Origin: an uncultured Bacilli bacterium
Lineage (GTDB): Bacteria > Bacillota_I > Bacilli_A > RF39 > UBA660
DNA: 55,010 nucleotides
Assembly: GCA_947589195.1 (NCBI GenBank)
Contig: CANPZX010000001.1
Location: 1 to 55,010 of the forward strand
Direction of reading: 5' to 3'
The position numbers and the translations under genes were made by a program. Below the pieces are notes generated by a model. It saw nothing but the letters and a program-made list of their open reading frames with translations, had not been told where the DNA came from and did not search any database. How positions within the stretch are numbered: the first letter of the stretch is position 1; every line of letters begins with the position of its first letter. Shown piece after piece: positions 19,471-31,816 of this stretch.

Positions 19471-19992
19471 ATGGAAGAAGAACAAATTGCTGAAAATAAA
19501 AATACGATGGAAAAGCCCAAGAAAAATAATAAGTGTCATAAAGAAATAGAAACATTAAAAGAAGAAAATAAAGCTTTAAATGACAAAGTATTAAGACTTA
19601 ATGCAGAAATCCAAAATATGCGTCGGCGAAGTGAAGAAGAAATTTCCAGAATTTATAAATATGAGGGAGAAGATGTAATTAAAAAAATCTTACCAATTAT
19701 TGATAATTTTGAAAGAGCTATTAAAATGGATGATAATGATTTAACTGATGAAGTAAGTAAATTCTTAAGTGGGTTTAAAATGATTTATACTAATTTATTA
19801 AATGTTTTAAATGAAAAAGAAATAACGGAAATAGAATGTTTAAATAAAGAATTTGATTCTAATTTAATGGAAGCAGTATTAACTGAAAAAATAGAAGGAT
19901 TAGAAAAGAACCAAGTTGTTGAAGTCTTACAAAAAGGTTATATATATAAAGATAAACTTCTTCGTCCGGCTATGGTTAAAGTTAGTGAATAA
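19471..19992 (+). CDS. grpE: Nucleotide exchange factor GrpE
   Basis: Coiled-coil N-terminus, RLNAEIQNMRRR, ILPIIDNFERA, GYIYKDKLLRPAMVKV. Confidence 0.9.
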   Translation: MEEEQIAENKNTMEKPKKNNKCHKEIETLKEENKALNDKVLRLNAEIQNMRRRSEEEISRIYKYEGEDVIKKILPIIDNFERAIKMDDNDLTDEVSKFLSGFKMIYTNLLNVLNEKEITEIECLNKEFDSNLMEAVLTEKIEGLEKNQVVEVLQKGYIYKDKLLRPAMVKVSE

Positions 19993-19993
19993 A

Positions 19994-22326
<2,333 letters not shown>

Positions 22327-22342
22327 TATTAAAAACCAAGAT

Positions 22343-22366
22343 AAAGTTCTAGGAAACTAGAACTTT
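22343..22366 (+). terminator. Hairpin between dnaK and pepF (partial terminator or processing stem)
   Basis: AAAGTTCTAG-gaaa-CTAGAACTTT, a perfect 10-bp stem followed only by ATTT, so read-through is likely. Confidence 0.5.
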
Positions 22367-22389
22367 ATTTAAAAGTTAGGAGAATAAAG

Positions 22390-24171
22390 ATGGATACTTT
22401 AGAAAGAAAAGATGTCCCTAAAAAGTATTGTTGGGATTTAAGCTTACTTATTAAAGATGAACAAGATTATCAAAATAAAGTTGCCGAGATAAAAGTGCTA
22501 GGAGAACAAATACCCACTTACCAAAATCATTTATTTGATAAGGGAAAAATCTTACTATCTTATTTAGAATTATCAACGAAATTAAATGAATTACTAGAGA
22601 TAGTTTATACTTGGGCTAATCTCTATAAATACGAAGATTTAACGAATAATAAAGCAAATGATTATGTGTTAAATATAACCAATGTTTTAAATGATATTGC
22701 TAGTAAAGAAGCTTTTGTACGAAGTGAAATAATTTCCCATTCTTTAGAAGAGTTTTATAAATTAGTAAAAGAAGAACCAAAGTTAAAAAAATATGATTTT
22801 TTAATGCAAAGTTTATTTTTAGAAAAAGAACATATTTTAAGTCCTAAGGAAGAACAATTAATAACTAATTTAGTAAGAAGTTATGGAAATGTCAGTGATA
22901 CCTATGAAATTTTATGTGATGCGGAAGGAATCCTTGGAAAAATAAAAATTTTAAAAGAAGATGTAAATATAACCCAAAGCAATTATACCGAATTAATGAA
23001 AGATCAAAGAAGAAGAGTAAGAAAAAATGTTTTTAAAACTTATTATAAATTTTATGATAATTATAAAAATACTATTTCTTCTTTATATAGTACCAATGTG
23101 TTAGAAGATACGAATTTAGCTAAAGTAAGGAAATATGATAGTTCTTTAGCTATGGCTTTAGCAAGTGAAAATATTGCACCGGTTGTTTATAATAATTTAA
23201 TTAATAGTGTCCATAAATATTTAAATTTAAATCATGAATATCAAAATTTAAGAAAAAAAATCTTAAAAATAAAAGACTATCATATTTATGATAATTATGT
23301 AGAGATAACTAAAACTACGAAAAAAGATTATAATATCTTAAAATGTCAAGAAATAATTAAAGAAGCCTTAAAGCCTTTAGGTAGTGATTACTTAACTAAA
23401 CTTGATTATATGTTTAATAGTAAATATATTGATTATTACCCAACGAAAAATAAAAGAAGTGGCGCTTTTCAATGGCATAAGTATGTGATGTTAAATCATT
23501 TAGATACGAAAGATTCACTTACCACGATGGCGCATGAACTAGGGCACGCAATAAATACTCTTTATACGTTAGATAAGCAACCCTATATTTATCAAGATAA
23601 TCCGATCTTTTTAGCCGAAATTGCAAGTACCTTAAATGAAGTATTAGTGGGCGAATATTTTTATCAAAACGCGCGGACTAAACAAGAAAAAATTGTTTCT
23701 TTAACTGATTTTCTCGCTCGAGTAAATTCGACCATTTATCGTCAAACAATGTTTGCTGAATTTGAATATTTAACCCATCAAGCAAGCGAAGATAATATTT
23801 CCCTTACTTGTGAATATATGTCTCGAGAATATTTAAAATTAGTTAAAAAATACTTTACCAAAGAAATGATTATCGATGAAGAAATTAAATATGAATGGAT
23901 GCGGATACCTCATTTTTATACTTCGTTTTACGTATATAAATATGCAATTGGTTTAATTGTCGCGTTAATATTTGCTAAACGAATTTTAAATAATGAACCC
24001 GATGCGGTTAAAAATTACCTAATATTTTTAGCAAGTGGTTCGAGTGATTATCCTTTAAATATTTTAAAGAAAGCGCAAATTGATTTAACTAAAGAAGAAA
24101 CATTTACTGAAGCTTTTAGTTTGATTGAAACGAAAATAAAAGAATTGAAAGAAGTGATGAAAGATGAATAA
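22390..24171 (+). CDS. pepF: Oligoendopeptidase F (M3B)
   Basis: 593 aa, zinc motif [12 protein letters not shown], downstream [21 protein letters not shown]. Confidence 0.9.
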   Translation: MDTLERKDVPKKYCWDLSLLIKDEQDYQNKVAEIKVLGEQIPTYQNHLFDKGKILLSYLELSTKLNELLEIVYTWANLYKYEDLTNNKANDYVLNITNVLNDIASKEAFVRSEIISHSLEEFYKLVKEEPKLKKYDFLMQSLFLEKEHILSPKEEQLITNLVRSYGNVSDTYEILCDAEGILGKIKILKEDVNITQSNYTELMKDQRRRVRKNVFKTYYKFYDNYKNTISSLYSTNVLEDTNLAKVRKYDSSLAMALASENIAPVVYNNLINSVHKYLNLNHEYQNLRKKILKIKDYHIYDNYVEITKTTKKDYNILKCQEIIKEALKPLGSDYLTKLDYMFNSKYIDYYPTKNKRSGAFQWHKYVMLNHLDTKDSLTTMAHELGHAINTLYTLDKQPYIYQDNPIFLAEIASTLNEVLVGEYFYQNARTKQEKIVSLTDFLARVNSTIYRQTMFAEFEYLTHQASEDNISLTCEYMSREYLKLVKKYFTKEMIIDEEIKYEWMRIPHFYTSFYVYKYAIGLIVALIFAKRILNNEPDAVKNYLIFLASGSSDYPLNILKKAQIDLTKEETFTEAFSLIETKIKELKEVMKDE

Positions 24172-25273
24172 GAAAGATTATTATGAAGTTTTAGGGGTAA
24201 GTAAAACCTCTACCGATGAAGAAATAAAAAGAGCTTTTCGTAAATTAGCTAAGCAATATCATCCGGATGTTAATAAAGAACCAGGGGCGGAAGAAAAGTT
24301 TAAAGAAATTGGTGAAGCTTATGCGGTTTTATCTGACCCAGACAAAAGACGTCAATATGATCAATTTGGTCATGCAGCCTTTGAGGGGGGAGCTAATGGG
24401 TTCTCGGGCTTTAATGCCGAAGATATCGATTTATCCAGTATCTTTGATGACTTATTTGGCTCTTCCTTTGGTTTTAATTTCGGTAGTTCGGGAAGAAGGG
24501 GCAGAAATAATCCCACTAAAGGAAAAGACCGTTTAGTCAGGATGAATTTAACTTTTGAAGAAGCTGTCTTTGGGTGTAAAAAAAGCTTAAATATTGATTT
24601 AAATGAAACCTGCCTAAAATGTCATGGGGCTGGTGGTTTTGGCGAAAAGACTTGTAATCGGTGTCATGGCAGAGGAACAATTGTTTCCGAACAAAGAAGC
24701 ATGTTTGGGATTTTTCAAACGGAGACAACTTGCCCAGAGTGTAATGGCCAAGGTAAAACTTATAGTGAAATTTGTTCCAAATGTCGCGGGACTGGACATG
24801 TTCGGGAAAATAAAGAAATATTAGTAAGTATTCCGGAAGGTGTTGACAGTGGCTACCAACTTCGCATCAGTGGTAAAGGAGAAGCTGGTTTAAATGGGGG
24901 ACCTAACGGGGATATTTATATCGAATTTGTCGTTAAAAAACATGACTTTTTTGAACGGCAAGAAGCTGATATCTATTTAGAAGTACCACTAACCATTGTC
25001 GAAGCTAGTTTAGGCTGTAAAAAAGAAATTCCAACTTTAGAAAAAAATGTAATTTTAGAAATAAAGGCTGGAGCGATGAGTGGCGATAAATTAAAATTAA
25101 AAGGTAAAGGAATAAAAATACCTAATACTTCTAAAAAAGGTGATATGTATGTCATTTTAAATGTTATCACGCCAACTAAATTAGACCGTAAACAAAAGAA
25201 ATTATTAGAAGAACTAGGTGAAACTGGTTTAGATGATGAATTAATATTCAAGAATTTTCGGAAGAATCTGTAA
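24164..25273 (+). CDS. dnaJ: Co-chaperone DnaJ
   Basis: J domain KDYYEVLGV...YHPD, G/F region, four CxxCxGxG zinc-finger repeats. Start overlaps the pepF stop by 8 nt. Confidence 0.95.
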   Translation: MNKKDYYEVLGVSKTSTDEEIKRAFRKLAKQYHPDVNKEPGAEEKFKEIGEAYAVLSDPDKRRQYDQFGHAAFEGGANGFSGFNAEDIDLSSIFDDLFGSSFGFNFGSSGRRGRNNPTKGKDRLVRMNLTFEEAVFGCKKSLNIDLNETCLKCHGAGGFGEKTCNRCHGRGTIVSEQRSMFGIFQTETTCPECNGQGKTYSEICSKCRGTGHVRENKEILVSIPEGVDSGYQLRISGKGEAGLNGGPNGDIYIEFVVKKHDFFERQEADIYLEVPLTIVEASLGCKKEIPTLEKNVILEIKAGAMSGDKLKLKGKGIKIPNTSKKGDMYVILNVITPTKLDRKQKKLLEELGETGLDDELIFKNFRKNL

Positions 25274-25290
25274 ATAAAAGATTCTTTTTC
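25263..25290 (+). terminator. Rho-independent terminator after dnaJ
   Basis: AGAATCT-gtaaataaa-AGATTCT followed by TTTT. Confidence 0.65.
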
Positions 25291-25315
25291 TTTACACTTA
25301 AAATCTTTAACTTGT

Positions 25316-25344
25316 TTGACAAGAATTTAAGGTATTGTTATACT
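25316..25344 (+). promoter_or_regulatory. SigA-type promoter for family gene A
   Basis: TTGACA (25316-25321), 17-nt spacer, TATACT (25339-25344). Confidence 0.6.
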
Positions 25345-25374
25345 TAATATAGATATAGTACTGGGGTGAAGTAA

Positions 25375-26655
25375 ATGAAGAAAAAATATAAATTTGGTTT
25401 AAAAACAGTTGGTTTTCTTTTAATTATCGCTCTAGTAAATGTCTTTTTATATTTAGATTTTAAAAAAAATTATGATCCTAGAACAAGTAGCATTGTAGTT
25501 GTTAATAATGTTTTATCAGTTAATTATGAATATGGGCAAAACTTAAAAGTAAAAAAAGATGATGAAGTATCTCGTTTTTCAATTACAAATAATTCTTCTG
25601 ATAAAATTTATTACTATATTGCTATTTCTTCTGTTCAAAGTAATAATTCTAATTTTAAATTTGATTTACATGAATCAAGTGGTAAAATTAATATTAAACA
25701 AGATAACTTTCCGGCCCAAGATGCTTATTTAGTAAGTTTTGTCGAAATAGAACCTAATACCACTCATAATTATGAAATAAATTTATATAAAGAAAATAAT
25801 CTTAATTTTAAAGCTAAATTAGTTGTAGGTGTTGAAGATGAAGTTGAGGAATATTTTGCTTCAACTATTTTAAAAAATAATTCTTTAAAATTTCCTACTA
25901 CTAAAATAGCAATCGAAGCCGCAACTAGTGATGAAGGTTTAATTGAAACTAATGATGATTTCGGCTCTTCTTATTATTTTCGGGGTAATGTCCAAAATAA
26001 TTATGTTTCTTTAGGTAATAATCTATGGCGAATTGTAAAAATAAATGGCGATGGAACTGTTAAACTTGTTTTAGATGATTATTTAGAATTATCCCAATAT
26101 ATGTATGATTCTACATCATCTTTAAATTTAAGTGAAAAATTAGAATTTATTAATACCAAAGTTTATAATTATTTAAATGAATTTTATGAAAATAATTTAT
26201 TAGAGTATGATAAAATAATTTCTAATCATAAGTTTTGTATCGAAGATAATGAAACAACATATGATGAAAAAACTAAAACTACTTATTATCAAGGTTATGC
26301 TCGAGCAACCCAAGATTTTAATCCTTTATATAATTGTTTTGGTAGTCTTTTTTCCCATAAAATAGGTTTATTAACTATTGATGAAATCTTATTAGCGGGA
26401 GCATCAAAAGATACTGATAATAAAGATTTCTATTTATATACTCCTGATGAAACCTATGGTTTTTGGTCTTTAACTCCATCTAGCAGTACGGATAGTGATG
26501 TTTCATATTTTAGTTTATCCAATACTGGTAAATTAATATATACTGATGTCGGTAGTTCTTATCGGGGAGTTAAACCAGTAATTAATTTAATTAAAAAAGT
26601 TATGGTAAATGGTGATGGAACTAAAACCAATCCTTATACTATTAAAGAATCTTAG
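25375..26655 (+). CDS. NPY-tail surface-protein family, copy A (N-terminal anchor, beta-rich variable domain, WRIV...KPVINL C-terminal domain)
   Basis: Basic-hydrophobic N-terminus, RFSITNNSSDKIYYYIAIS module, NYVSLGNNLWRIVKINGDG, GVKPVINLIKKVMVNGDGTKTNPYTI tail. Same architecture as 46402..48058. Confidence 0.75.
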   Translation: MKKKYKFGLKTVGFLLIIALVNVFLYLDFKKNYDPRTSSIVVVNNVLSVNYEYGQNLKVKKDDEVSRFSITNNSSDKIYYYIAISSVQSNNSNFKFDLHESSGKINIKQDNFPAQDAYLVSFVEIEPNTTHNYEINLYKENNLNFKAKLVVGVEDEVEEYFASTILKNNSLKFPTTKIAIEAATSDEGLIETNDDFGSSYYFRGNVQNNYVSLGNNLWRIVKINGDGTVKLVLDDYLELSQYMYDSTSSLNLSEKLEFINTKVYNYLNEFYENNLLEYDKIISNHKFCIEDNETTYDEKTKTTYYQGYARATQDFNPLYNCFGSLFSHKIGLLTIDEILLAGASKDTDNKDFYLYTPDETYGFWSLTPSSSTDSDVSYFSLSNTGKLIYTDVGSSYRGVKPVINLIKKVMVNGDGTKTNPYTIKES

Positions 26656-26658
26656 GAA

Positions 26659-27159
26659 GTGAAAGAATTGAAAGCATTATTAAAAGATATTGGAGGTTTT
26701 TTAAGTACTCTGACGGGAATCGATATTCTCTTATATTGTGCAGTTTTATTTTTAATATTATTAGTTGTCTGTTTAGCTTATATTATTAAGAATACTGATG
26801 ATGAAGAAGAACCAGAATCAAATGAATTAGACTTAGCTAAAGTTGTTAAAACATTAGAACAAGAACAAGAAGTTCCAATCGTTAATCATACTTCTTATGA
26901 AAAAGAACAAGAAGAAAAAGCAATTATAAGTTATGATGAATTACTAGCTCAAAGTAAAAATAAAAATAATTATAATTATGATGAAGAAATAATTACAAAT
27001 GACGATGACTTAAAAATAAAAAAAATAGATTTAACTAAAAAAATAGTTTTACCAGAACTTCCGAAAGATAAAGAAGAAAATAGTAATCCTATTATGTTTA
27101 AGTATCAAGAAGAAGAAGAATTTTTAAAAACTTTAAAATTATTTATTCAAGAATTATAG
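26659..27159 (+). CDS. Small membrane-anchored, highly acidic protein (unknown function)
   Basis: One TM helix (ILLYCAVLFLILLVVCLAYII), then D/E-rich sequence (DDEEEPESNELD, EQEQE, EKEQEEK). The start is uncertain: GTG 26659 or TTG 26668. Confidence 0.6.
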   Translation: MKELKALLKDIGGFLSTLTGIDILLYCAVLFLILLVVCLAYIIKNTDDEEEPESNELDLAKVVKTLEQEQEVPIVNHTSYEKEQEEKAIISYDELLAQSKNKNNYNYDEEIITNDDDLKIKKIDLTKKIVLPELPKDKEENSNPIMFKYQEEEEFLKTLKLFIQEL

Positions 27160-27203
27160 ATTATCTCAAAATATATTATAATAAAAATAGGAGAGTAGAG
27201 AAA

Positions 27204-28424
27204 ATGAATTTAAAAAAATTTTCTAAAAATAAAAAATTAACTACTAGTTTAATCTTATTAGGATTATTTTTCCTAATTGGTGGAGGATTCTTGATTTATC
27301 GGACCTTTGCTTTATATTCTGAAAATAAAGAATTTAATGTTATTAAAGGTAGAGTTCCGGAATTTATAAAAGGACTTAAAAGTTTTGATGAACTAAAAAC
27401 TTATGCGGTTCCTAATTATTGTATTGACCATAATATTGTTCAAGTTTCTCATGAAAGTGATTATATTGAAGAACTTGATTACCATGCTTTTAATAGCTCT
27501 TTAACTAACGAAACAGTATATAACAATTTAAAAATGCCCGAGTATCGTTTTTGTGGGTCTAATCCCAATAACTATGTAACATTTAATGGTGAAGTTGCTG
27601 GGTGGCGAATAATTGGGCTTGTTAATACGCCGGAAGGTCAACGGATCAAATTAGTTAGAGCTAATCCTTTAGATGTTGAATTAGCTTGGGATAATAAAGC
27701 TGCCGGAGTAGGGACAGCAACGTTTGATTATGGAAGTAACGATTGGACAGATGCTGCATTGCAAGAATTATTGAACAAAGGTGCTTATTATCTTGGTCAA
27801 AGTGGTAATTGTCCATTAGGACAAAAAGGAGGAACAATTCCCTGTGATTTTAGCGAGTCTGGCTTAACAGATAATGCTAAAGAAATGATTGATACAATTA
27901 CTTGGAATCTAGGGGGTTATTATACGCAAGATATGTCGGTTTCTAATGCTGATTTAGTAAAAAACTTTTATGAATATGAAAGAGGTAAAGGAACATATAG
28001 ATATACTAGTAATAGACCACTTATGTGGCAAGGAAAGATTGGTTTATTGTATCTTTCTGATTATGGTTATGCTGCTGGAGGAATGGGTAAAGAAATGCTT
28101 TACTATCCCCAATGTATGGCGACTCCGATGTTTAACTGGGGATCAAACGAAAATTATATTTTCTGCTTATATGATAATTGGTTAAATAAAGAAAACTTGG
28201 GCCAATGGTTGTTAATGCCAGATGATCAATCTAATTTTATGGTATGGTATTATTATAATAAAGGGCAAGACTCATGGCCATATTCAATGTTTTTATCGAA
28301 TGTAAATGATTTATATGAACCAGCTAGTGTAATTCCCACTTTATATTTAAAACCTAATGTCGAGATTAAAAAAGGTAATGGGACTATAGAATATCCTTAT
28401 GAATTAACAATAAAGACGCTTTAG
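27204..28424 (+). CDS. NPY-tail surface-protein family, copy B (short N-terminal region)
   Basis: N-terminal anchor ...GGGFLIYRTFALYSE. NNYVTFNGEVAGWRIIGLVNTPEGQRIK, YGSNDWTD..LQELLNKG, IDTITWNLGG, WQGKIGLLYLSDYGYA, VIPTLYLKPNVEIKKGNGTIEYPYEL. Close paralogue of copy C. Confidence 0.75.
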   Translation: MNLKKFSKNKKLTTSLILLGLFFLIGGGFLIYRTFALYSENKEFNVIKGRVPEFIKGLKSFDELKTYAVPNYCIDHNIVQVSHESDYIEELDYHAFNSSLTNETVYNNLKMPEYRFCGSNPNNYVTFNGEVAGWRIIGLVNTPEGQRIKLVRANPLDVELAWDNKAAGVGTATFDYGSNDWTDAALQELLNKGAYYLGQSGNCPLGQKGGTIPCDFSESGLTDNAKEMIDTITWNLGGYYTQDMSVSNADLVKNFYEYERGKGTYRYTSNRPLMWQGKIGLLYLSDYGYAAGGMGKEMLYYPQCMATPMFNWGSNENYIFCLYDNWLNKENLGQWLLMPDDQSNFMVWYYYNKGQDSWPYSMFLSNVNDLYEPASVIPTLYLKPNVEIKKGNGTIEYPYELTIKTL

Positions 28425-28480
28425 TCTTTTTTCTTGGAAAAATATTTGTTAAAATATGTAACAAAAGGAGATTTTAAAAG

Positions 28481-29779
28481 ATGAAATTTCATATTATTAC
28501 CCTAGGTTGCAAAGTAAATGCTTATGAAAGTGAAATTATTAAAGAAAAATTACTAGCTGATGATTTTAAATATACTATGGAAGAAGAAGCTGATATTATA
28601 ATAATTAATACATGTTCGGTAACCAATATGGCGGATAATAAATCCAAAAAATATGTTCGGCATGCAAAAAGACTTAATAAAATTTTAGTTGTATGTGGTT
28701 GTTCAAGTGAAAATAATAAGCAAGAATATGAAGATATGGATATTGATATATTAATAGGCACAAAAGATAAAAGTAAGATTAATGAAATAATAAAAGAATA
28801 TTTAAAAAATAACCAAAAAGTTACAAAATTTTATCAAAAGAAACTATATGAATTTGAAGATATGCAAATAAATAAATTTACAACGCAAACTAGAGCTTTT
28901 GTTAAAATTCAAGATGGTTGTAATAATTTCTGTAGTTATTGTATTATTCCTTATGTAAGAAAAAATATCCGTAGTAAAGATTTTGAAACAGCCATTAAAG
29001 AGATTAAAACTTTAGTAGCTAATGGTCATAAAGAAATAGTTTTAACGGGTATTCATACTGGTTCTTACTATAATAATGGTCATGATTTAGCGGATTTAAT
29101 TACCGAGATTGCTAAAATTCCTGATTTAAAAAGAATTCGAATTTCTTCAATTGAAATAACTGAATTAAATGATAAAATGTTGAAGGTAATAAAAAATGAA
29201 GAAAAAGTATGTAATCATTTTCATGTTCCATTACAAGCGGGAAGTGATAAAATCTTAAAAATTATGAATCGAAAATATAATTTAGACTTTTTCTTTAAAA
29301 AAGTTACGGAACTTCGTAAGTTAAAATCAGATGTTGCAATTACAACAGATGTTATTGTTGGTCATCCTTATGAAACGGAAGAAGATTTTCAAGAAACTTT
29401 AGCTACTTGTGAAAAAATAGGCTTTGCCAAGATTCATGTTTTTCCTTATTCTAAACGCGATGGAACAGTTTCTTCAACTATGCCAGAAGTTTCTAATGAA
29501 GAAAAAAAGCGTCGTAGTCATGTTTTAAATGAATTAAGTAAAAAGCTAGAAAAGGAATATTTAAAAAAATATTTAAATAAAGAATTATTAATATTAACCG
29601 AAGAAGTAACAAATTTTTATACAATGGGGCTTACAGCTAATTATATTCGCGTTAAAATTGAAGAAAAATTACAACCTAATACTTTTTATTCTGTAAAAGC
29701 TAAATCTATAAGTGATGAAGTGTTAATTTGTGAAGTAATTGATGTAAAAGACCAAGTTCATAATTTACAAAATGTATAA
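28481..29779 (+). CDS. mtaB: tRNA (t6A37) methylthiotransferase MtaB (radical SAM, MiaB family)
   Basis: MTTase N-domain (ITLGCKVNAYES, INTCSVT), radical-SAM CNNFCSYCIIPY, TRAM-like C-terminus. Confidence 0.85.
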   Translation: MKFHIITLGCKVNAYESEIIKEKLLADDFKYTMEEEADIIIINTCSVTNMADNKSKKYVRHAKRLNKILVVCGCSSENNKQEYEDMDIDILIGTKDKSKINEIIKEYLKNNQKVTKFYQKKLYEFEDMQINKFTTQTRAFVKIQDGCNNFCSYCIIPYVRKNIRSKDFETAIKEIKTLVANGHKEIVLTGIHTGSYYNNGHDLADLITEIAKIPDLKRIRISSIEITELNDKMLKVIKNEEKVCNHFHVPLQAGSDKILKIMNRKYNLDFFFKKVTELRKLKSDVAITTDVIVGHPYETEEDFQETLATCEKIGFAKIHVFPYSKRDGTVSSTMPEVSNEEKKRRSHVLNELSKKLEKEYLKKYLNKELLILTEEVTNFYTMGLTANYIRVKIEEKLQPNTFYSVKAKSISDEVLICEVIDVKDQVHNLQNV

Positions 29780-29810
29780 GAAAGTGTATACTAAATAATA
29801 GGTGAGGATT

Positions 29811-30203
29811 ATGTTTACAGAAGATACTTTCTCTAAATTTAAAATTTCAACTAAAGAAGCTGTAGTGGGAGATTTAACTGTAAATAATGATCTCTTAAAA
29901 CAATATGATTTTTATCATCCTTTTACAAGGATTAATTATTTTAAAGAAGTTACAAAATATGGTACGCGAGATGCGTTAGCCATTGAACAATATATTGTTA
30001 ATTGTTTAAATGATTATTATGTTAAATTAGTTAATAATACTAATATTGAAGAACGAAATAAAATGTTAGATAAGTATGTTCATTTATATGGGATGTGGCG
30101 AGAATTATATACTTATAAGAATGCTCAAGATTTAATTTCCATGAATAATATGTATGATATGTTTTTATATGAACTTTATATAATAGGTTATGTTTCTTCT
30201 TAA
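29811..30203 (+). CDS. Hypothetical protein
   Basis: ATG 29811 follows AGGTGAGGA. About 130 aa with no recognisable motif. Confidence 0.5.
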   Translation: MFTEDTFSKFKISTKEAVVGDLTVNNDLLKQYDFYHPFTRINYFKEVTKYGTRDALAIEQYIVNCLNDYYVKLVNNTNIEERNKMLDKYVHLYGMWRELYTYKNAQDLISMNNMYDMFLYELYIIGYVSS

Positions 30204-30287
30204 TATTTTTAATAATTGAGAATATAATATAAAATAGTAATATTCTGTTAAATTAACTGTCAAATTTAAAAAAAATTTATTCCATTA

Positions 30288-30315
30288 TTGCAAGAATAAG
30301 GAAGTTTGGTATAAT
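30288..30315 (+). promoter_or_regulatory. Extended -10 SigA promoter for the cpsC/D/B module
   Basis: TTGCAA (30288-30293), 16-nt spacer ending in TGG, TATAAT (30310-30315). Leaves a ~100-nt leader. Confidence 0.6.
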
Positions 30316-30420
30316 AAAATAGATAAAAGTAGTTTTTATGTGATTTTAAGAAAGCTTGCAATTTCCGACATTTTATGTAATAATATTGGCGCGTAAAAAT
30401 TAAAGAAGGGGGATTTCTTT

Positions 30421-31131
30421 ATGGAAGAAATCAATTTAAATGAATTATTTAAGTATTTTAAAGAAAAATGGCTAGTGATTTTAATTATCGTTTTGTCATT
30501 TGGAGTTGCTGGATCAATTTATTATGCTTTTATTCAAGTTCCAACCTATACTTCTAATACTACTTTAGTTTTAGCGGGAAGTAGTAATGAAAGTACTATT
30601 AGTCAAAGTGATTTAACGATTAACTCTAAATTAGTTAAAACATATCAAAAAATAATTCGGAGTCGCCGGGTCTTAAATCAAGTTATAAATGATTTAGGAT
30701 TAGATGTAAGTTGGGAAAGCCTTGCTAATAATATTAGTGTTAGTGTGGTTAGTGATACTGAGGTTATTGAAATAACTGTTACTAATCCGGATGCCGTTTT
30801 AGCTTATCGAGTTGCTAATAGTGTTGCTAATGTCTTTGTTAAAGAAGTTGCGGAATTATATAATTTATCTAATATTAATATTTTAGACCGAGCAATAGTA
30901 AGTGATCATCCTTCTAGTATGGGAGCTTTAAAAATTCTAGTGATTGCTATTTTAGGGGGAGTAGTTGTTGCCTGTGGTTTAGTCTTCATCATGTTCTATT
31001 TTGATAATACGGTTAAATCTGCTGAGCAAATTGAAGCAAAATTAGGAGTATCAGTTTTAGGTTCTGTTCCATATTATAATGAAAGAAATGAGATGCAAAG
31101 AGAAATGAGAGTAAGGAAGGGTGAAAAATAA
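30421..31131 (+). CDS. Polysaccharide co-polymerase / tyrosine-kinase modulator (Wzz, CpsC/YwqC type)
   Basis: Two TM helices flanking a Wzz-type loop (TYTSNTTLVL, YQKIIRSRRVLNQVI, IEITVTNPD). Confidence 0.8.
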   Translation: MEEINLNELFKYFKEKWLVILIIVLSFGVAGSIYYAFIQVPTYTSNTTLVLAGSSNESTISQSDLTINSKLVKTYQKIIRSRRVLNQVINDLGLDVSWESLANNISVSVVSDTEVIEITVTNPDAVLAYRVANSVANVFVKEVAELYNLSNINILDRAIVSDHPSSMGALKILVIAILGGVVVACGLVFIMFYFDNTVKSAEQIEAKLGVSVLGSVPYYNERNEMQREMRVRKGEK

Positions 31132-31814
31132 TGTTTGATGAATTAATTGTTAAAAAGAATCCTAAATCCAGCATTGCCGAGGCAATTAGAGTAGTAAGAA
31201 CTAATATTCAATTTTCTTTAAAACTTAACAAAGGTAAAACTATTTTAATTACATCTTCTGTGAAGGGTGAGGGAAAAAGTTTTGTTAGTTCCAATTTAGC
31301 GGTATCATTTGCTCAAAAAAATCTAAAAGTGTTATTAGTTGATTGTGATTTACGTCTAGGAAGACTTCATAAAATCTTTAAAACTAATAGTAAAGGTTTT
31401 TCTAATTTGTTAATTGAAGATGATGTTAATGATTATAAGTCATACATTAAAGAGACTAAAATCGAAAATTTACACTTTATTCCTCGGGGAACAGTTCCTC
31501 CTAATCCTAGTGAACTTCTAGATTCTCCCGTTACCAAAAAGTTTATTGCCACGGTTGAGAAAAACTACGATGTTATTATTTTTGATGGAACACCGATTAA
31601 TGGTTTAACTGATTCTCTAGCTTTTACTAAATTTGTTGATAAAGTTGTTGTCGTAAGTGCATGTAATTATACCAAATTAGATGTCTTAGAAAATACTATT
31701 AAAAACTTGAAAAATTTAGATGTTGATATTGCCGGGGTAGTTTTAAATAAAGTTCCACATAGTTCTTCTAGTAGCTATTATTATTACTATGATGGAGGAT
31801 ATTACTCTAAGTAA
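31131..31814 (+). CDS. BY-kinase (CpsD/YwqD-type protein tyrosine kinase)
   Basis: Walker A SSVKGEGKS, Walker A' VLLVDCDLR, Walker B VIIFDGTP, C-terminal Tyr cluster SSSSYYYYYDGGYYSK. Confidence 0.9.
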   Translation: MFDELIVKKNPKSSIAEAIRVVRTNIQFSLKLNKGKTILITSSVKGEGKSFVSSNLAVSFAQKNLKVLLVDCDLRLGRLHKIFKTNSKGFSNLLIEDDVNDYKSYIKETKIENLHFIPRGTVPPNPSELLDSPVTKKFIATVEKNYDVIIFDGTPINGLTDSLAFTKFVDKVVVVSACNYTKLDVLENTIKNLKNLDVDIAGVVLNKVPHSSSSSYYYYYDGGYYSK

Positions 31815-31816
31815 TT

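Noticed and set aside
19916-19993. Longer version of the grpE-dnaK intervening ORF starting at ATG 19916
   Set aside because: That start lies inside the grpE coding sequence in another frame. ATG 19994, directly after the grpE stop, is the natural coupled start.
24385-24390. G6 run inside dnaJ as a further slippage tract
   Set aside because: It is short, encodes the expected Gly-rich G/F region, and the gene is in frame. It is not comparable to the G10 tracts.
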